The notes beneath the pieces were generated by a model that worked only from the letters and a program-made list of their open reading frames with translations, was not told the DNA's origin and searched no databases. DNA of 64,000 bases from the NCBI GenBank assembly GCA_964016885.1, contig OZ024741.1, positions 267,530,001 to 267,594,000 on the forward strand, read 5' to 3'. This DNA is from Eledone cirrhosa (taxonomy: Eukaryota). A program made the position numbers and the translations under genes. Shown here piece after piece: positions 12,236-26,186 of this stretch. Each line of letters opens with the position of its first letter. The first letter of the stretch is position 1.

Positions 12236-12272
12236 TCCTCAGACGAAGAGATATTATCTCGAAATATCAGGA
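12236..12272 (+). ncRNA. Minimal hammerhead motif with CAGACGA (U4A) core
   Basis: tcct-CAGACGA-a gagat att atctc-GAAA-ta-TC-agga, then AATAAA. Confidence 0.5.
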
Positions 12273-13059
12273 TATACGAATAAATTAAGGCAAAAGACTA
12301 ATTGTCAACGCTATCTTTTACATTTATATTCTCTCTCCAAACCTGCATGTTCTGGCCTGCTAACTTCAAACGTTTATACCTCACTACACAATGCTTCAAG
12401 TAAACTACCAATTCCCACTTTCATATATATAAGTAATGAATTATTTAATTTGTTGGTTATTCAACAAAATTAGTTTATAACAGATTAGAAGCACTCTACA
12501 GGATTCTTCTGGAGTATAATATCAAAAGTATTAATAAATGGAAACTATCTTTATAAAACCATATTTATTTTATTATATATATTTCAAGTTTCTTACATAA
12601 AACTATGATGGGAGGCTTTTAGATAAGCAGCTTTGTATTAATAGTGTTAGTTATTTCATGAGCAGAATAGATAGTGTTTGAAAAATTGGTTATGGTAATT
12701 ATTCCATTTGAAATCCCACTGAGGTTAACTTTGCCTTTTATCTTTCCAGGTTCGATAAAGAATCAGTCAAGGGGTTGTTCTCTAAATATTTACAGAAACT
12801 CTCACACAAATGCAATTTTCCCACATTGTGGTTTATTCCTATGGCAACTTATGTTTTTCATTTGATGACCCTATATTCAGCCTTCTTATTGAACTAGTCA
12901 ATTTTCTCTTCCTGATGCTGTGTATTGTAAGAGTTTCCAATGTTCCTTGTAGAGAGATCAGTGTTACTTCTTATTTCATGTTTCATGATTCTGAAAATAT
13001 TTGTAGAGACTGAAAACAAATAAAATTTTTCCTTTCTAGGAGGCAGTCTGATTATTTTG

Positions 13060-13282
13060 AAAACATTCATAGAGACTATTAGAACAAATTAATGATTTTT
13101 CCAATTTTAAGGGCACAACCAACTGGCAGTAGACCCTGATCAAGATGGTTGGATAACATCCATGAGCTTGGCTGGTCTTGCTTGGGGATCCAGCTGGACC
13201 AGTTGGAGATGGTTGCTTCTGGCAAGACCGACTGGAAGGAGTGTATGAGGACTCTGCTCCGACAACCCTCACAGGAATAATA
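13060..13282 (+). mobile_element. 3' fragment of a third RTE family (Expander/RTE-1-like)
   Basis: Reads RP*SRWLDNIHELGWSCLGIQLDQLEMVASGKTDWKECMRTLLRQPSQE* then (TAA)n. Confidence 0.6.
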
Positions 13283-13601
13283 ATATTAATGATGTCTACT
13301 TTAGGCACAAGATGAGCAATTTTGGGGGAGGGGAAAGTTGATTAAATAGATCCCAGTGCATTACTAGCACTTTATTTTATCGATCCTGTAAGGATGAAAG
13401 GCAAAGCTAACCTTGGCGGGATTTGAACTCAGAGCATAAAGGGCCGTAACTCTATGCTGGATAGCATGTTTTCTGATGCTCTATCGATACTGCCAATCCA
13501 TCGCCCTAATAATAATTATTTCTACTTTTGACACAAGGCCAGCAATTATCCCAGTGTATTACTGGTACTTTATTTTATTGACCCCGTAAGGATGAAAGCC
13601 A
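13283..13601 (-). mobile_element. Nin-domain tRNA SINE plus tandem partial copy
   Basis: Matches 1660-1817 and 63421-63620. Confidence 0.75.
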
Positions 13602-13873
13602 ATCGCCCTAATAATAATAAGAGTTGCACAGTTCTGAAAATATTTGCAGATACTGTTAAAATGAATAAATAAATAAAAAGAGCCAGAATGATTGAGGTTT
13701 AGAGGTTTGCTCCACAACCACATGTATCCATGTTTAATCTCACTGGATGACAACATGGTCATGAGGTGTTGCTAATGATAGTGATAGTGGGGGGTGGAGG
13801 TATTGATGATGGGGAACCTTGAACTTTTAAAGTTATTTGTTTTGATATTTAAAAAACAAATTTATATTTGCAG

Positions 13874-13978
13874 GATGAGAAACATTTTTTCCAGATGGAA
13901 TTAATCAACAGAGATACAAACTTCAATAAGATATTTGGTTCCAGTCTACAAGTTGGTTTAATCAATCCATTAAATAAG
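13874..13978 (+). CDS. FAM184A: Internal exon of FAM184A-like coiled-coil protein gene
   Basis: ttgcag acceptor, AAG|GTGCGT donor, 105 nt, phase 0. DEKHFFQMELINRDTNFNKIFGSSLQVGLINPLNK resembles the FAM184A C-terminal motif as I recall it (FYQLELVNRETNFNKVF...VGVINPL). Confidence 0.8.
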
Positions 13979-14239
13979 GTGCGTGTTTTACTTCCTGGTT
14001 CATCAGCATCTACCCGTAACATCTTACTGAACTATTGCATTACAAGTCATACTTTCCAGGTCATACACACCTAAAGTGCAGACAAGATGATAACATTCTT
14101 TCATTGAGAGTGGCTCCAGTTTGATGTGTAGATAGGTGGAGGTGAATTGTTGAAAGAATTATTTAGAAATAGAATCGAACAGTTATTATTGTGTGTGTGT
14201 ATATATATATATAAAATGTATGTGTGTGTATACATATAT

Positions 14240-14510
14240 ATCATCATCATCATCGTATAACATCCATCTTCCATGTTAGCATGAATTAGGCAGGTTTGTC
14301 CCATTTAGAGGCAAGTTGGGTCAGGTAACCGTGTCTTGCTCATATAGGACTGTTTCTAGCTGGCTTTCTACGGCTGGATGCTCTTCCTAGTACCAACCAC
14401 ATTTACAGTGTGTGCTGGGTGCTTTTTGCTGAGACGCCTACACGACCACTTTACAGTGTGGGCTGGATGTTTACGCCTATTTTCCACGCTATGGGTTAGA
14501 CGGGTTGTCT
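14240..14510 (-). mobile_element. Diverged RTE 3' UTR-related fragment
   Basis: (CAT)n tail and the GGATGC.CTTCCTA.. motif shared with family B. Confidence 0.6.
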
Positions 14511-14550
14511 AACATACACATACATACACATACATTATATATATATAATG

Positions 14551-14588
<38 letters not shown>

Positions 14589-14637
14589 GTATGAATATAT
14601 GTATATAATATATGTGTGTGTGTATATATATATAATA

Positions 14638-14940
14638 TGAAGGCACATGGCTTAGTGTTTAGAGCATTGGGCTTGCAATTGTGAAGTTGTGAGTTTGATT
14701 CCTGGACTAGATGATGTGTGTCCTTGAATAAGACACTTTATTTCACATTTTACTCAGTTTACTCAGCTGTAGAAGTAAGTTGTGACATCACAAATGCCAG
14801 GCTGTATTGGTCATTGGACAACATATATGGCATGGAGGGGGGAGGCTAGTATGCATGGGTGACTGCTGGTCATCCACAAACATCCTTGCCCAGACCTATC
14901 CTCGGAAGGGAATTTTCTAGGTGCAAAACCCATGGTCATT
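14638..14940 (+). mobile_element. tRNA-headed SINE with a different 3' half
   Basis: Head and core as 5033-5170, unrelated tail. Confidence 0.7.
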
Positions 14941-14967
14941 TATATAATGTAGGTGTGTGTGTGTGTG

Positions 14968-17900
14968 TATCATCATCATCATCATCATTTTATGTCCGCT
15001 TTTCCCTGCTTGCAAGGGTTGGATGGGTCCTATTCAGTACAGCATCTCTCCACTTGTCACGGTCCTTCGTCATCTCCTCGGTGAGTTTCAGCGATCTGAG
15101 GTCTGCTCTCACCACCTCCGCCCATGTTTTTCATGGTCTACCTCTACTGCGTCTTCCTTCTACTGGGATTTCTTGGCACTTCTTTACCCAGCAGTCATCC
15201 TCCATGCGCATCACATGTCCATACCATCTCAGCCTTCTCTCCTGCACACCACAATTTATCCCTCTTATACCCAGTTTCTTTCTCAACTTGTCTATGCTTG
15301 GTCGTTCACGCACATTGGCATTGCACATCCAATGGAGCATACTTGCTTCATTCTCTCCAGCCGTTGCATATCTTCTGCAGTTGCTGTCCATGTCTCATAA
15401 CCATGCAACATGGTGCATTTCACAGAGGCATCATATAACCGTCCTTTCGTACGCAGGGAGAAACCCTATTTAGTCAACAGAGGAAGCAGCTCCCTAAACT
15501 TCTTCCAACCCATCCTTATTCTAGATACTATGGTCTTGGAACACCCCCCTCCCATGCTAATCTGATCACCTAGGTACCGGAAGTTATTAACCACTTCTAT
15601 AGAATCCACCTGCATTGGAAAAATATGTCTATCACTGCGATTACTACTGCCGACTTTCCTTGTACATCTACAGCATACATAGTTTTCCCTACTGCTAGTT
15701 TGCCTGCTATCCCACTACATCTCTTGTGTACCCAGGATCTGCATTGTGTACATTTTATGGAATTTATGCCAGTTCCTTTCCTACATATCGAACATGGCCA
15801 TTTCCTCGATAGAATCAGAGTATTGTCCTCTCTTCTACTTATCAACACTTTTGTTTTAGCTATGTTGACTCTCAGGCCTCTTGATTCCAACTGCTGTTTC
15901 CATAGCCAGAATTTATTCTCTAGCTCCTCTACTGATTTTGCTATAAGAACCAGATCATCAGCATAGAGAAGTTCCCATGGGCAGCCAGTCTTAAACTCCT
16001 CTGTTATGGCTTGGAGGACTATAATGAACAAGAGTGGGCTGATGATCGAACCCTGATGTACACCTACTTGTATCTGGAATTCCTCACTAAACTCCATTCC
16101 TATTCTCACTTTATTGACAGCATCCCTGTACATAGCTTGCAGTGTCCTTACAAACCATTCCTCTACACCTAGTTTCCTTAGGGGACCACCAGATGACAGA
16201 TCGGGGTACCCTATCAAAGGCCTTCTCTAGGTCAACAAAAGTTAAGTATAGTGACTTATTCTTCTCTAAGAACCTAACTTGTAGTTGCCTCACTAAGAAG
16301 AGGGCACAAAACCAAACTGCATCTCATCTAGTTTGACCCTTTCTCTAATCAGTTGCACTAATATTCTCTCTGCCACTTTCATAACCTGATCCATCAGCTT
16401 TATGCCCCTATAAGAGCATCCCCTTTACCTTTGTAGCAATTTATGAGAATACTGCTGCACCAGTCTTTGGGTATGACACCACCATATATAGCTTGATTGA
16501 TGATGCGTGCAACTAGTTTAATGCCTACTTCTCCTGATGCCTTTAGCATCTCAGCAACTATCCCCAATGGTCCAGCAGCCTTACCATTTTTCATTTCCTT
16601 AATTGCCTCTTGTACCCTATATTCATCAATCTCAATAGCTGGTCCCTCTGTCGGGTCTACTGTGGGTAATTTCTCCCATAATGACATTTCCAGGCCTCCT
16701 TTTTTTGATCATTCGTGACACTAAGTACATTGGCATCATTCTGGACACACTTATCTCCAACAATATCCTCATTTGTACTGACACATTGCCTTGCAATGCG
16801 GAACACCACACGTCTCTGATCTTCCAGTCGCAGAACATTGCCAAATCTCCTACTCTCAGCCTCCCTGCGTGCTAAGTACACCTGACGTCTAGCTTCTCTC
16901 TTAGTGGCTGTGTATCCTTCTCTACTCCCACCATTTTTCCAAGCCTTCCATGCCAGTCTTTTGTCTCTAATGGCCCTATCTACCATGCTGTTCCACCACC
17001 AGGTCACTCTCCGTCTGGTTGAAGCTCTGCCCCAACCACAAGTTTCTTCAGTAGCCTGCAGTAAGTTGTCACGCAAGAAATTCCGTTATCGTCTATGTCA
17101 TACGATTCTAAATCATCTTCCTTTTCGTCATACACATCTTAAAGGGCTTTCCTAAATTTATATTTTAATGAAAGGTCTTTTAGCTTCCAGATCTTTCTTT
17201 TCCACACCTTCCTGTATGTGTCATTCTTTCTCTTGCTTACTGAGATGTCACTAACGACTAACCTATGCTGTGGGGTACATTCTGCCCTGGGGTATGCCTT
17301 AGTATTTGACACCATCTGTCTGTCTCGCTGTCTAACTAGCAGGAAGTCAATCTGGCTTATGTGCTCGCCTGATTTGTAGGTTATTAGGTGGTTGGTAGGT
17401 TTCTGGAAGTTAGTGTTGCAAATGGTTAATGCATTTACACCACAAAATTCAAGAAGCCTCACTCCTTCTTCATTTCTTGAGCCGTAACCGTGCCCACCAT
17501 GTACTCCAGTGTATCCATCCTGGAGCTGTCCAGCATGTCCATTGAAGTCCCCCGCTAGCATAACGATGTCTCTGTCCTCTGTCATTGAGGCTGTTTGTAA
17601 AAGTTGCTCGTAAAAGCAGTCTTTCTCTTTTTTTACCTAGGCCTGCTTGGGGAGCATAGGCAGAGATGATTGTCAGTAGTCTCTTGCCTACAACTAATCT
17701 AAGCTTAATTATTCTATTACTAACTCTAACTACCTCTGTCTTATTGATCCATCTCTCAGCCAGTAATATTCCCACCTAACCCATCATCGTTACCCACCCA
17801 GAAAAGCTTATAACTAAAATGTTTGCCTGCGATTAGTCTTGCAGCGGCACCTCTCCATCTCACCTCTTGCACACATCCACATGCCTTCTCACCAGATCTT

Positions 17901-18240
17901 CCTGTTAGAGTGGCAACTCTGAGATGTGACGTCTCATTCTTTTTCCTGTTGTGTGATTGCTTGATGACGGTTGTGGGGTTCTCACACATGGCCGCACCAG
18001 CCACCCCACTACCAGGCACAGCCCTAACATGGTTAGTGTTATTACTGTTGACGCAGTTGTTGCAACTCTTATTTGTTGTGCTCATAATTTTGGCATTTAT
18101 TATACTGGTTGGATGCCCTTCCTAACACCAGCACCACTTTACAGCATGGACTGGCTGCTTTTATTTGTACCACCAGCACTAGAGAGATTGTCTTACTGGA
18201 CTCAGGGGCCCTCTTTACCCCTCCATTTTACAGCATGGTT
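14968..18240 (-). mobile_element. RTE-clade LINE family A, near full length, decayed (intronic, antisense to host gene)
   Basis: APE endonuclease (QEVRW, SAYAPQ, AGDFNGH, QIDF), RT (YADD), PHD finger and C-terminus in many frameshifted pieces. Colinear with 44330-47592. Confidence 0.95.
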
Positions 18241-18413
18241 CTGGTTTAGTTTCCTAATGCCAGCCACATTTACAATGTGTATTGAATGCTTTTTGTTGTG
18301 ACCTCTATACAACCACTTTACACTTTATGTGCAAATACTAAAAACAAAGTTATGTGGCATGTGGAAAAGAGATTACTAGTTATTTGATTTATTTTGATGA
18401 AGACATGCGACAA

Positions 18414-18454
18414 CTCTGGTCATGTTTCAGTTTTATTAGATCTCCTCAGCAAAA
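18414..18454 (-). ncRNA. Degenerate hammerhead motif
   Basis: ttttg-CTGAGGA..GAAA-catg-AC-cagag. U16.1 mutated, stem II weak. Confidence 0.3.
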
Positions 18455-18572
18455 CATATACTTCTGTGTGTGTGTGTGTGTGTATGTGTACTTGCATTAA
18501 CATTTCAACAAGTTTACTTCTCTTCTTTTTCTTTCTCAAAACGTTTTATTTTGTTTTTCTCATCTGTTTCAG

Positions 18573-18739
18573 GGAAAATCCAAAACAGAACCTCTTGCCC
18601 GTAAATATACCAGTGCTCCCAGTTTACAACAGACTCCAGTTTCTTCCAATTTACAACAGGGCCAGGGGCGTCTACAACACCTGCAAGGCTCCCCGGTTCA
18701 TGATGAAAAATTGAATCCAGTACCACCTTTACCACCAAT
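18573..18739 (+). CDS. FAM184A: Next exon of FAM184A-like gene (3' boundary uncertain)
   Basis: Polypyrimidine tttcag acceptor, in frame with previous exon: GKSKTEPLARKYTSAPSLQQ...GRLQHLQGSPVHDEKLNPVPPLPP, resembling FAM184A RLDPIPNSPVHD..KPLP. Donor GTATTT is weak, so this may be the terminal exon. Confidence 0.7.
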
Positions 18740-19014
18740 GTATTTAAAAAAATAAACATATTCAACATACATACACACATGTTCATATAAGCACCCATAT
18801 CTATACATACACATACTTTTATGTATATGTTTTTATATATATATATCATCATCATTTCATTTTACAATTCATTTTACAATTTATTAATGAATGAACACTT
18901 ATATGACCTCCTTTTCACCCAAGAGACATACAGATACATATGCAAATATTGTGGGTCAACATTCATTACAGCATTTAGAGATTACATTCATATTAAAAGA
19001 TACAATCAAAAATA

Positions 19015-20165
<1,151 letters not shown>

Positions 20166-20239
20166 GTATTTACACATCGAGAGAGGGATAGGTGATACAT
20201 GTAGTTATTTGCCAAATAGCGTATGCAAAAGGTGCTCAA

Positions 20240-23050
20240 TACTAGTGCCGGCAGTATTAAATATTAGAAGTGTCACCTCTGACAAAACCAAGAAGCTGTA
20301 CAAGATGGACGCGAGCAAGTATAAACAATTAATTTATAAGGAACTACACAAAGACACCCTTTAGTACCCTAAATGACATAAATAGAGTAGGGAAGGATAT
20401 AGTTACCAGCTTAGAAATAGAAAAATACACAAATCTGTACGTCCCTCTGACACCTAGATTCTCTCTTAAGGATTACAAATGTAACTTTAATGAAAGCCCT
20501 TCTATTAGACTAATATGTCCCTTTACATCTGATATAGGTAAGATTAGTAAAGTGATCCTCGATAGAGTACTACTGGAGCTTAATAGAAAAGCTAAGGTCT
20601 GCTTCTGGAGCAACACCGACCAGGTCATAAATTGGTTCACCGAGTTGCCTGATAAAGCGACCCTGAAGTTTATCCAGTTTGACATAGATAGTTACTACGC
20701 CTTTATCTCCCCCATACTCTTAAATAAGGCACTCATATTAGCTAAATCTAACACTAGCCTCACTAAAAATGAAATAGACATAGTTTTAGCGGCGCGTAGA
20801 ACCATTATCCAGTTGGAAGGCTCCCACTGGACCAGAACCAACCGTCCTGATAACTTCGATATCACAATGGGGTTCAGCGACTCAGCGCAAGCAACTGACC
20901 TGGTCGGAATATACTTCCTCCTTAAGCTTAGGGATGAGATACTGGCCCTACAAGGAGGTGCATATAGGGACGACGCCCTGTTTACCATTAGGAACCATAG
21001 CCCTCGTAGGATAGAGAACCTTAATAAGCATATACACAGGTTCTTCAAGTCATACGGCCTATCCGTAACTATAGACCTCCACCACCAGGTTGTCAACTTC
21101 CTGGACGTGACCCTGGAGTTGAGTACGGGCTTATACAAGCCATACCATAAGCCTGGAGAGTGCCTCTCTTATATTAATTATGCCTCCAACCACCCTAAGC
21201 AGACTCTCAACACCATAGTCTATAGAATCTCGAGGCTCTCCGCCAATGAGGATATCTTCAACCAAGCAGCAGATTACTACAATAGGGCCTTGATAAGCGC
21301 TGGCTTTAACCGAGGAATTTCCTACATCCCTAACGCTAGCTCCAGAAACCCCCCTCATAAGATGAATGTTATAGTAAGCCATACCTATAACAGATCACGC
21401 AGCGACTTCGTAGGAGTCGGATATAATAGTATAGATAATCGCACTAAGGAACACGGCTGCAACGTTAATTACACTGGCGATAGTATAGGTAACTTACCAC
21501 ACAATAAAGATCACGACCCCGGTGACAGTGACCACTGTAGCCTACTCAAATTATTCCCCTACTATAAAATCAGCAAAGGCGACGGCCTACTACCAACATC
21601 TTCCTGTACATAAACATGGAAGAAGGAAGAAGAGTGCACCCAAGCATAAAGTGAAAGGGGCATGTAACGGGCTACAGCGCATAAGAACGGTCACCTTGAT
21701 GGAACCACCCATAGCAAACGTACAAGGACACATAATCGCCACCGTAACGTCCTATGGTTCCATCCTCCCCACTCTCGGAGTGTGGCCTCCAACATAACCC
21801 GGATATTCTTCGAAGCCTTAGAGAAAACTTCCCAGCCAACCATAGGTATAGAAAAATCCTTAATAGGAACAATATAAAAATATCCTTCTCTACTACTCCT
21901 AACCTAGCAGACATCATAAGAACAACGAACCACAGTAAGATCACCAAGAGCACCTTAGCACAGACGCACCTACACCTGACAATAACTATATCGGCCTTAA
22001 CAACTCCCTAGCAGCATCCAATAGTGCTGGCAACAGCCTCTACAGACGCAACCAGCATAACCGTGACATGACTGGGGAATATGCAGGACAATGTGCGGAA
22101 TAATAATCGTACCACCCCGCGCACAGTGGGTTATAATGGTGCTAACGACAGGTGCGGGAGCGTAGATAACAATGTAGATACCAATAATGATAGCCTTACT
22201 GTGGGAATTAGAAGGAACCGCGACGGAAATTGCAACTGCCGCGACAGGGGACGCTGCCCCCTTAGAGGATACTCTCTTGACTGATAGGGTTATATATAGG
22301 TGTACTGTAACTAGCCACAATAGCGTTAAACATTATATAGGGGCTACCTCCGGCCCATTCAAAATTAGATTTCGAACAAATCTCCACTCTTTCACAAATA
22401 AGAAATTCAGACACTCCACTTCGCTCATGGACTACATCACATCATTAAAAGACTTAAACATCAGCTTCTCCATGCACTGGGATATTGTCGGCAGGGCTGC
22501 ACCGTAAAACTTCAAGAGGAAGTGCGATCTTTGCCTCATGGAGCTCTACCACATCATAACTGCCCCCCACGAGCTCATCAACAGCAGAGCTGAAACGATG
22601 ATAAGCTGTCACATCGCTTAAAAATATCCTTCTTCAGATGGGATAAGGATGAGGAGTGAAACCGTATACCGGGTCTCCCTGCAACAAGCTTTAACACCCC
22701 GGCGGGCAGGCGCTGCAAAAAACATCTGGAAACTAACCATGCATCCCAGACCCAGCTTCAAATGACCCAGGCGGGCAGGTGCAGCAAACACACGTCTCAA
22801 AATAAGCGTTGATTACCTGACCCTGTGCGTATCGACAATAGTAAGGTTGTAACCACATCTTATAATGGATAAAAAATTTGTCTGGGAAAGACTACCCTAA
22901 CACCAGCCAGAGTTACCTCCCTTGACCTACTGCAAAATCAAAACACTCTTTTTTTGCGAAGAATGAACTCAGACGTGAATTTATCCCCTAAAACACTTTC
23001 TGGGCCATGTAAGGAACACTTAGTTATTTATGCCCTTGAGAAGCCCATCC
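20240..23050 (+). mobile_element. Penelope-like element (RT + GIY-YIG) with 3' region, decayed
   Basis: ORF 20552-21613: QFDIDSYY, ITMG..DSAQ, YRDD, VNFLDV, YINYASNHP. Later frames: WFHPP, ISFSTTPN, CNC..CPL, VIY..YIG..FKIRF, CDLC..E. Confidence 0.92.
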
Positions 23051-23051
23051 T

Positions 23052-23745
23052 TCGAGAGAAGGCTACGTTGGTATGGTCACGTGATGCGCATGAAAGACGA
23101 CAGCTGTATAACAAAGTGCAGGGCAATAAAGATAGACGGTAGCTACGGAGTAGGCAGACCCAGAAAAACATGGGACGAGCTGATAAATTCTGACCTCACA
23201 CACTTACACCTCTCCAAGACAATGTCACTGGACCGAGACCTTTGGCGGTACTCAGTAATAGAGAAGACCCGCCTTACCTAAATACAAAGTAAAACCTATT
23301 ACAGCCAGTAGGCATCTTTAACAAAATACACCCCCGTCCCACCATCCACACCGCCCCTTCAATGTAAAGTTATGTTGGTGCCACAACATCCAGGCCGAAA
23401 CAAATGAGTTCGTGTAGACACAGTCCACGCTGTAATGTGGCCGTGTAGGCAACACAGTAAAAACCTCCCAGCCCCACACTGTAAATGTGGTTGGTGTTAG
23501 GAAGGGCATCCAGCTGTAGAAAACCTGCCAGACAGTCCACGCTGTAATGTGGCCGTGTAGGCAACACGGTAAAAACCTCCCAGCCCCACACTGTAAATGT
23601 GGTTGGTGTTAGGAAGGGCATCCAGCTGTAGAAAACCCGCCAGATAGTCCTATGCGAGCAAGACAATCACTCTTGCCTCAAGTGGGAAAACCCCCGTCCA
23701 AACCCATGCAAGCGTGGAACACGGACGTTAAACGTTGATGATGAT
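23052..23745 (+). mobile_element. RTE family B 3' fragment with ~117-bp internal duplication in UTR
   Basis: RRLRWYGH..GRPRKTW. 23418-23530 repeated at 23531-23645. Confidence 0.9.
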
Positions 23746-23766
23746 ATATATATATACATACATATA

Positions 23767-23809
<43 letters not shown>

Positions 23810-23883
23810 ATGTATATATATATATGTAAGTATATATATATGTATGTATATATATATGTATGTATAAATATATATATGTATGT

Positions 23884-24212
23884 ATCATCATCATTTCATT
23901 TTACGTCTGCTTTTTCCCTGCTTGCAAGGGTGGGACGGGAACTGATTTCTACAGCTGGATGCCCTTCCTAGCGCCAACCTCATGTACAGTGAGTGCTGGG
24001 TGCTTTTTTGCCGTGGCACCTACACGTCCACTTTACAGTGGAATGATATGGACCCCAGTCCCTATCATCTCATTTCTACAGCTGAGTAAACTGGAGCAAT
24101 GTGAAATAAAGTGTCTTGCTCAAGGAAACAACACATCGCCCGGTCTGAGAATTCAACTCACAACCTTTCGATTGCAAGCCCAATGCTCTAACCACTAAGC
24201 CATGTGCCTCCA
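23884..24212 (-). mobile_element. RTE-partner tRNA SINE, full length
   Basis: Reverse complement of the 5033-5360 family. Confidence 0.85.
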
Positions 24213-24469
24213 TGTATGTGTATATATATATATATATATATAGATATAGATAGGTAAATATACACGGGTGTGTATGATTGTGTTTGTTGGTTCACCAATG
24301 GATAGAATTGGTCATTCCGTATGGTCAATCCTGGTGTAATATTGTGAAGAGTACTCAACGCAGTGCAGTTCACCCGTCTTCGTTTGTGTAGTTGGTGGTG
24401 CGAATACGGAGTTAATTATAAATAAAGTAACAAGAGGCTGGACTGGTGTAAATCCTTGAAAGGTTTATT

Positions 24470-24527
24470 ATACTATGATCATTTCAATGACCGGGTTCCA
24501 TAGGAATCCGGTGATATCATCAGGTAT
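24470..24527 (-). ncRNA. Type-I hammerhead ribozyme
   Basis: atac-CTGATGA-tatc accgg attcc tat ggaac ccggt catt-GAAA-tgatca-TA-gtat, immediately followed by AATAAA. Confidence 0.8.
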
Positions 24528-24622
24528 TGGAATATAACAAAGGAATATGTAAAAACCATATGTATATATATATATGTATATATATATATATGTGTATATA
24601 TATGTATATATATGTGTATATA

Positions 24623-24667
<45 letters not shown>

Positions 24668-24712
24668 GTATATATATATATGTATATATATATATATGTA
24701 TATATATATATG

Positions 24713-24796
<84 letters not shown>

Positions 24797-24804
24797 TATT
24801 ATGA

Positions 24805-25350
24805 TAGCAATAAATACCAGAGTGTAATGTTCATCGATACAACCCCTAGAGGTGAATCAGCTTATAAATTTAGAATAAACATAAACTCAATATTAAGATA
24901 GTAGAAAGACCAGGTACCTCCGTAAAAACACTTATTAGCAAGACATACCCTTTTCAAAGACCCTCATGTATAGATAAGAAATGTATAACCTGTAAAATAA
25001 GCCCCCATATTAACTGTAAAACTAGAAATGTAGTATATAGTATAAGATGTACTGAAGGACAATGTAGAGACAAAAATATAGTGTACATAGGTGAGACAGC
25101 TCGTAGTGTAGGGGAACGGATAAATGAACACTGGCGAGACCTTCAAGATAGTAAAGAATCATCTGTACTCTACCAACATGCTAAAATAGAACACAAGGGT
25201 AAATTAGAGAACATAGAAATAAAAATAGAATCTACACACAGAAAAGACGCAATGTTTAGACAAATCACAGAGGCAATAAACATAAAAGAATTACAACCAA
25301 AATTAAATAGAAAACATGAGTGGAACAGCAACATCACAACTTACAATTAA
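24805..25350 (+). mobile_element. Penelope-like element 3' end, distinct lineage (GIY-YIG)
   Basis: [11 protein letters not shown], then [54 protein letters not shown]. Confidence 0.9.
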
Positions 25351-25550
25351 GGACAAAATGAAAACACACACACACATAGAACAAACAACCAACCGGTAAC
25401 ATGTAAATAAACAAATAAATAAATGAACATAAACACACACAGACACCCGGATGTGGCGCATGCGCAGACTGAGCACACAACACATACACAGAAACAAAAT
25501 GGCGCAGGACAGAACAAAGGAGAGGCACAGAAACAAAGAAAGGAATCCCC

Positions 25551-25595
25551 AGTCACTGAAGAGGTCACAGAGTGTGTGACGAAAGAACTATGACT
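25551..25595 (+). ncRNA. Type-I hammerhead ribozyme in the 3' repeat of the Penelope-like element
   Basis: agtca-CTGAAGA-g gtcaca gagtg tgtgac-GAAA-g aa c-TA-tgact. Perfect stems I and II, 200 nt after the GIY-YIG stop, same strand. Confidence 0.85.
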
Positions 25596-26186
25596 ATATA
25601 TAAACAACTATCTGGTTGTGGAACCAACCAACCAACCAGAAATTTATAAATTTATTATAATAAATTGAAGTGAAAGCAACTGGTGCGTGTGTTTCTTATT
25701 GGCAACATGACCCTCCCAAAGTATAACAATATCGGTTTCAACACACGATATCAGATAAAGAATCTTGCTAAACAAATTCAGAAACGAAATGTATTTATAT
25801 ATATATATATGTATTTATATATATATGTATTTATATATATATATGTATTTATATATATATATGTATATGTATTTATATATATATATATGTATTTATATAT
25901 ATATGTATTTATATATATATGTATTTATATATATATATGTATTTATATATATATATATATATATATGTATTTATATATATATATGTGTATTTATATATAT
26001 ATGTATTTATATATATATGTATTTATATATATATATGTATTTATATATATATATATATATATATGTATTTATATATATATATGTGTATTTATATATATAT
26101 GTATTTATATATATATATTTGCATTTTTATATATATATATATATGTATTTATATATATATATGTATGTATAAATATATATATATAG

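Noticed and set aside
12990-14075. Apparent minus-strand exons (KYFQN repeats, FN3-like string)
   Set aside because: Stops in all frames; the region is explained by the + strand exon and repeats.
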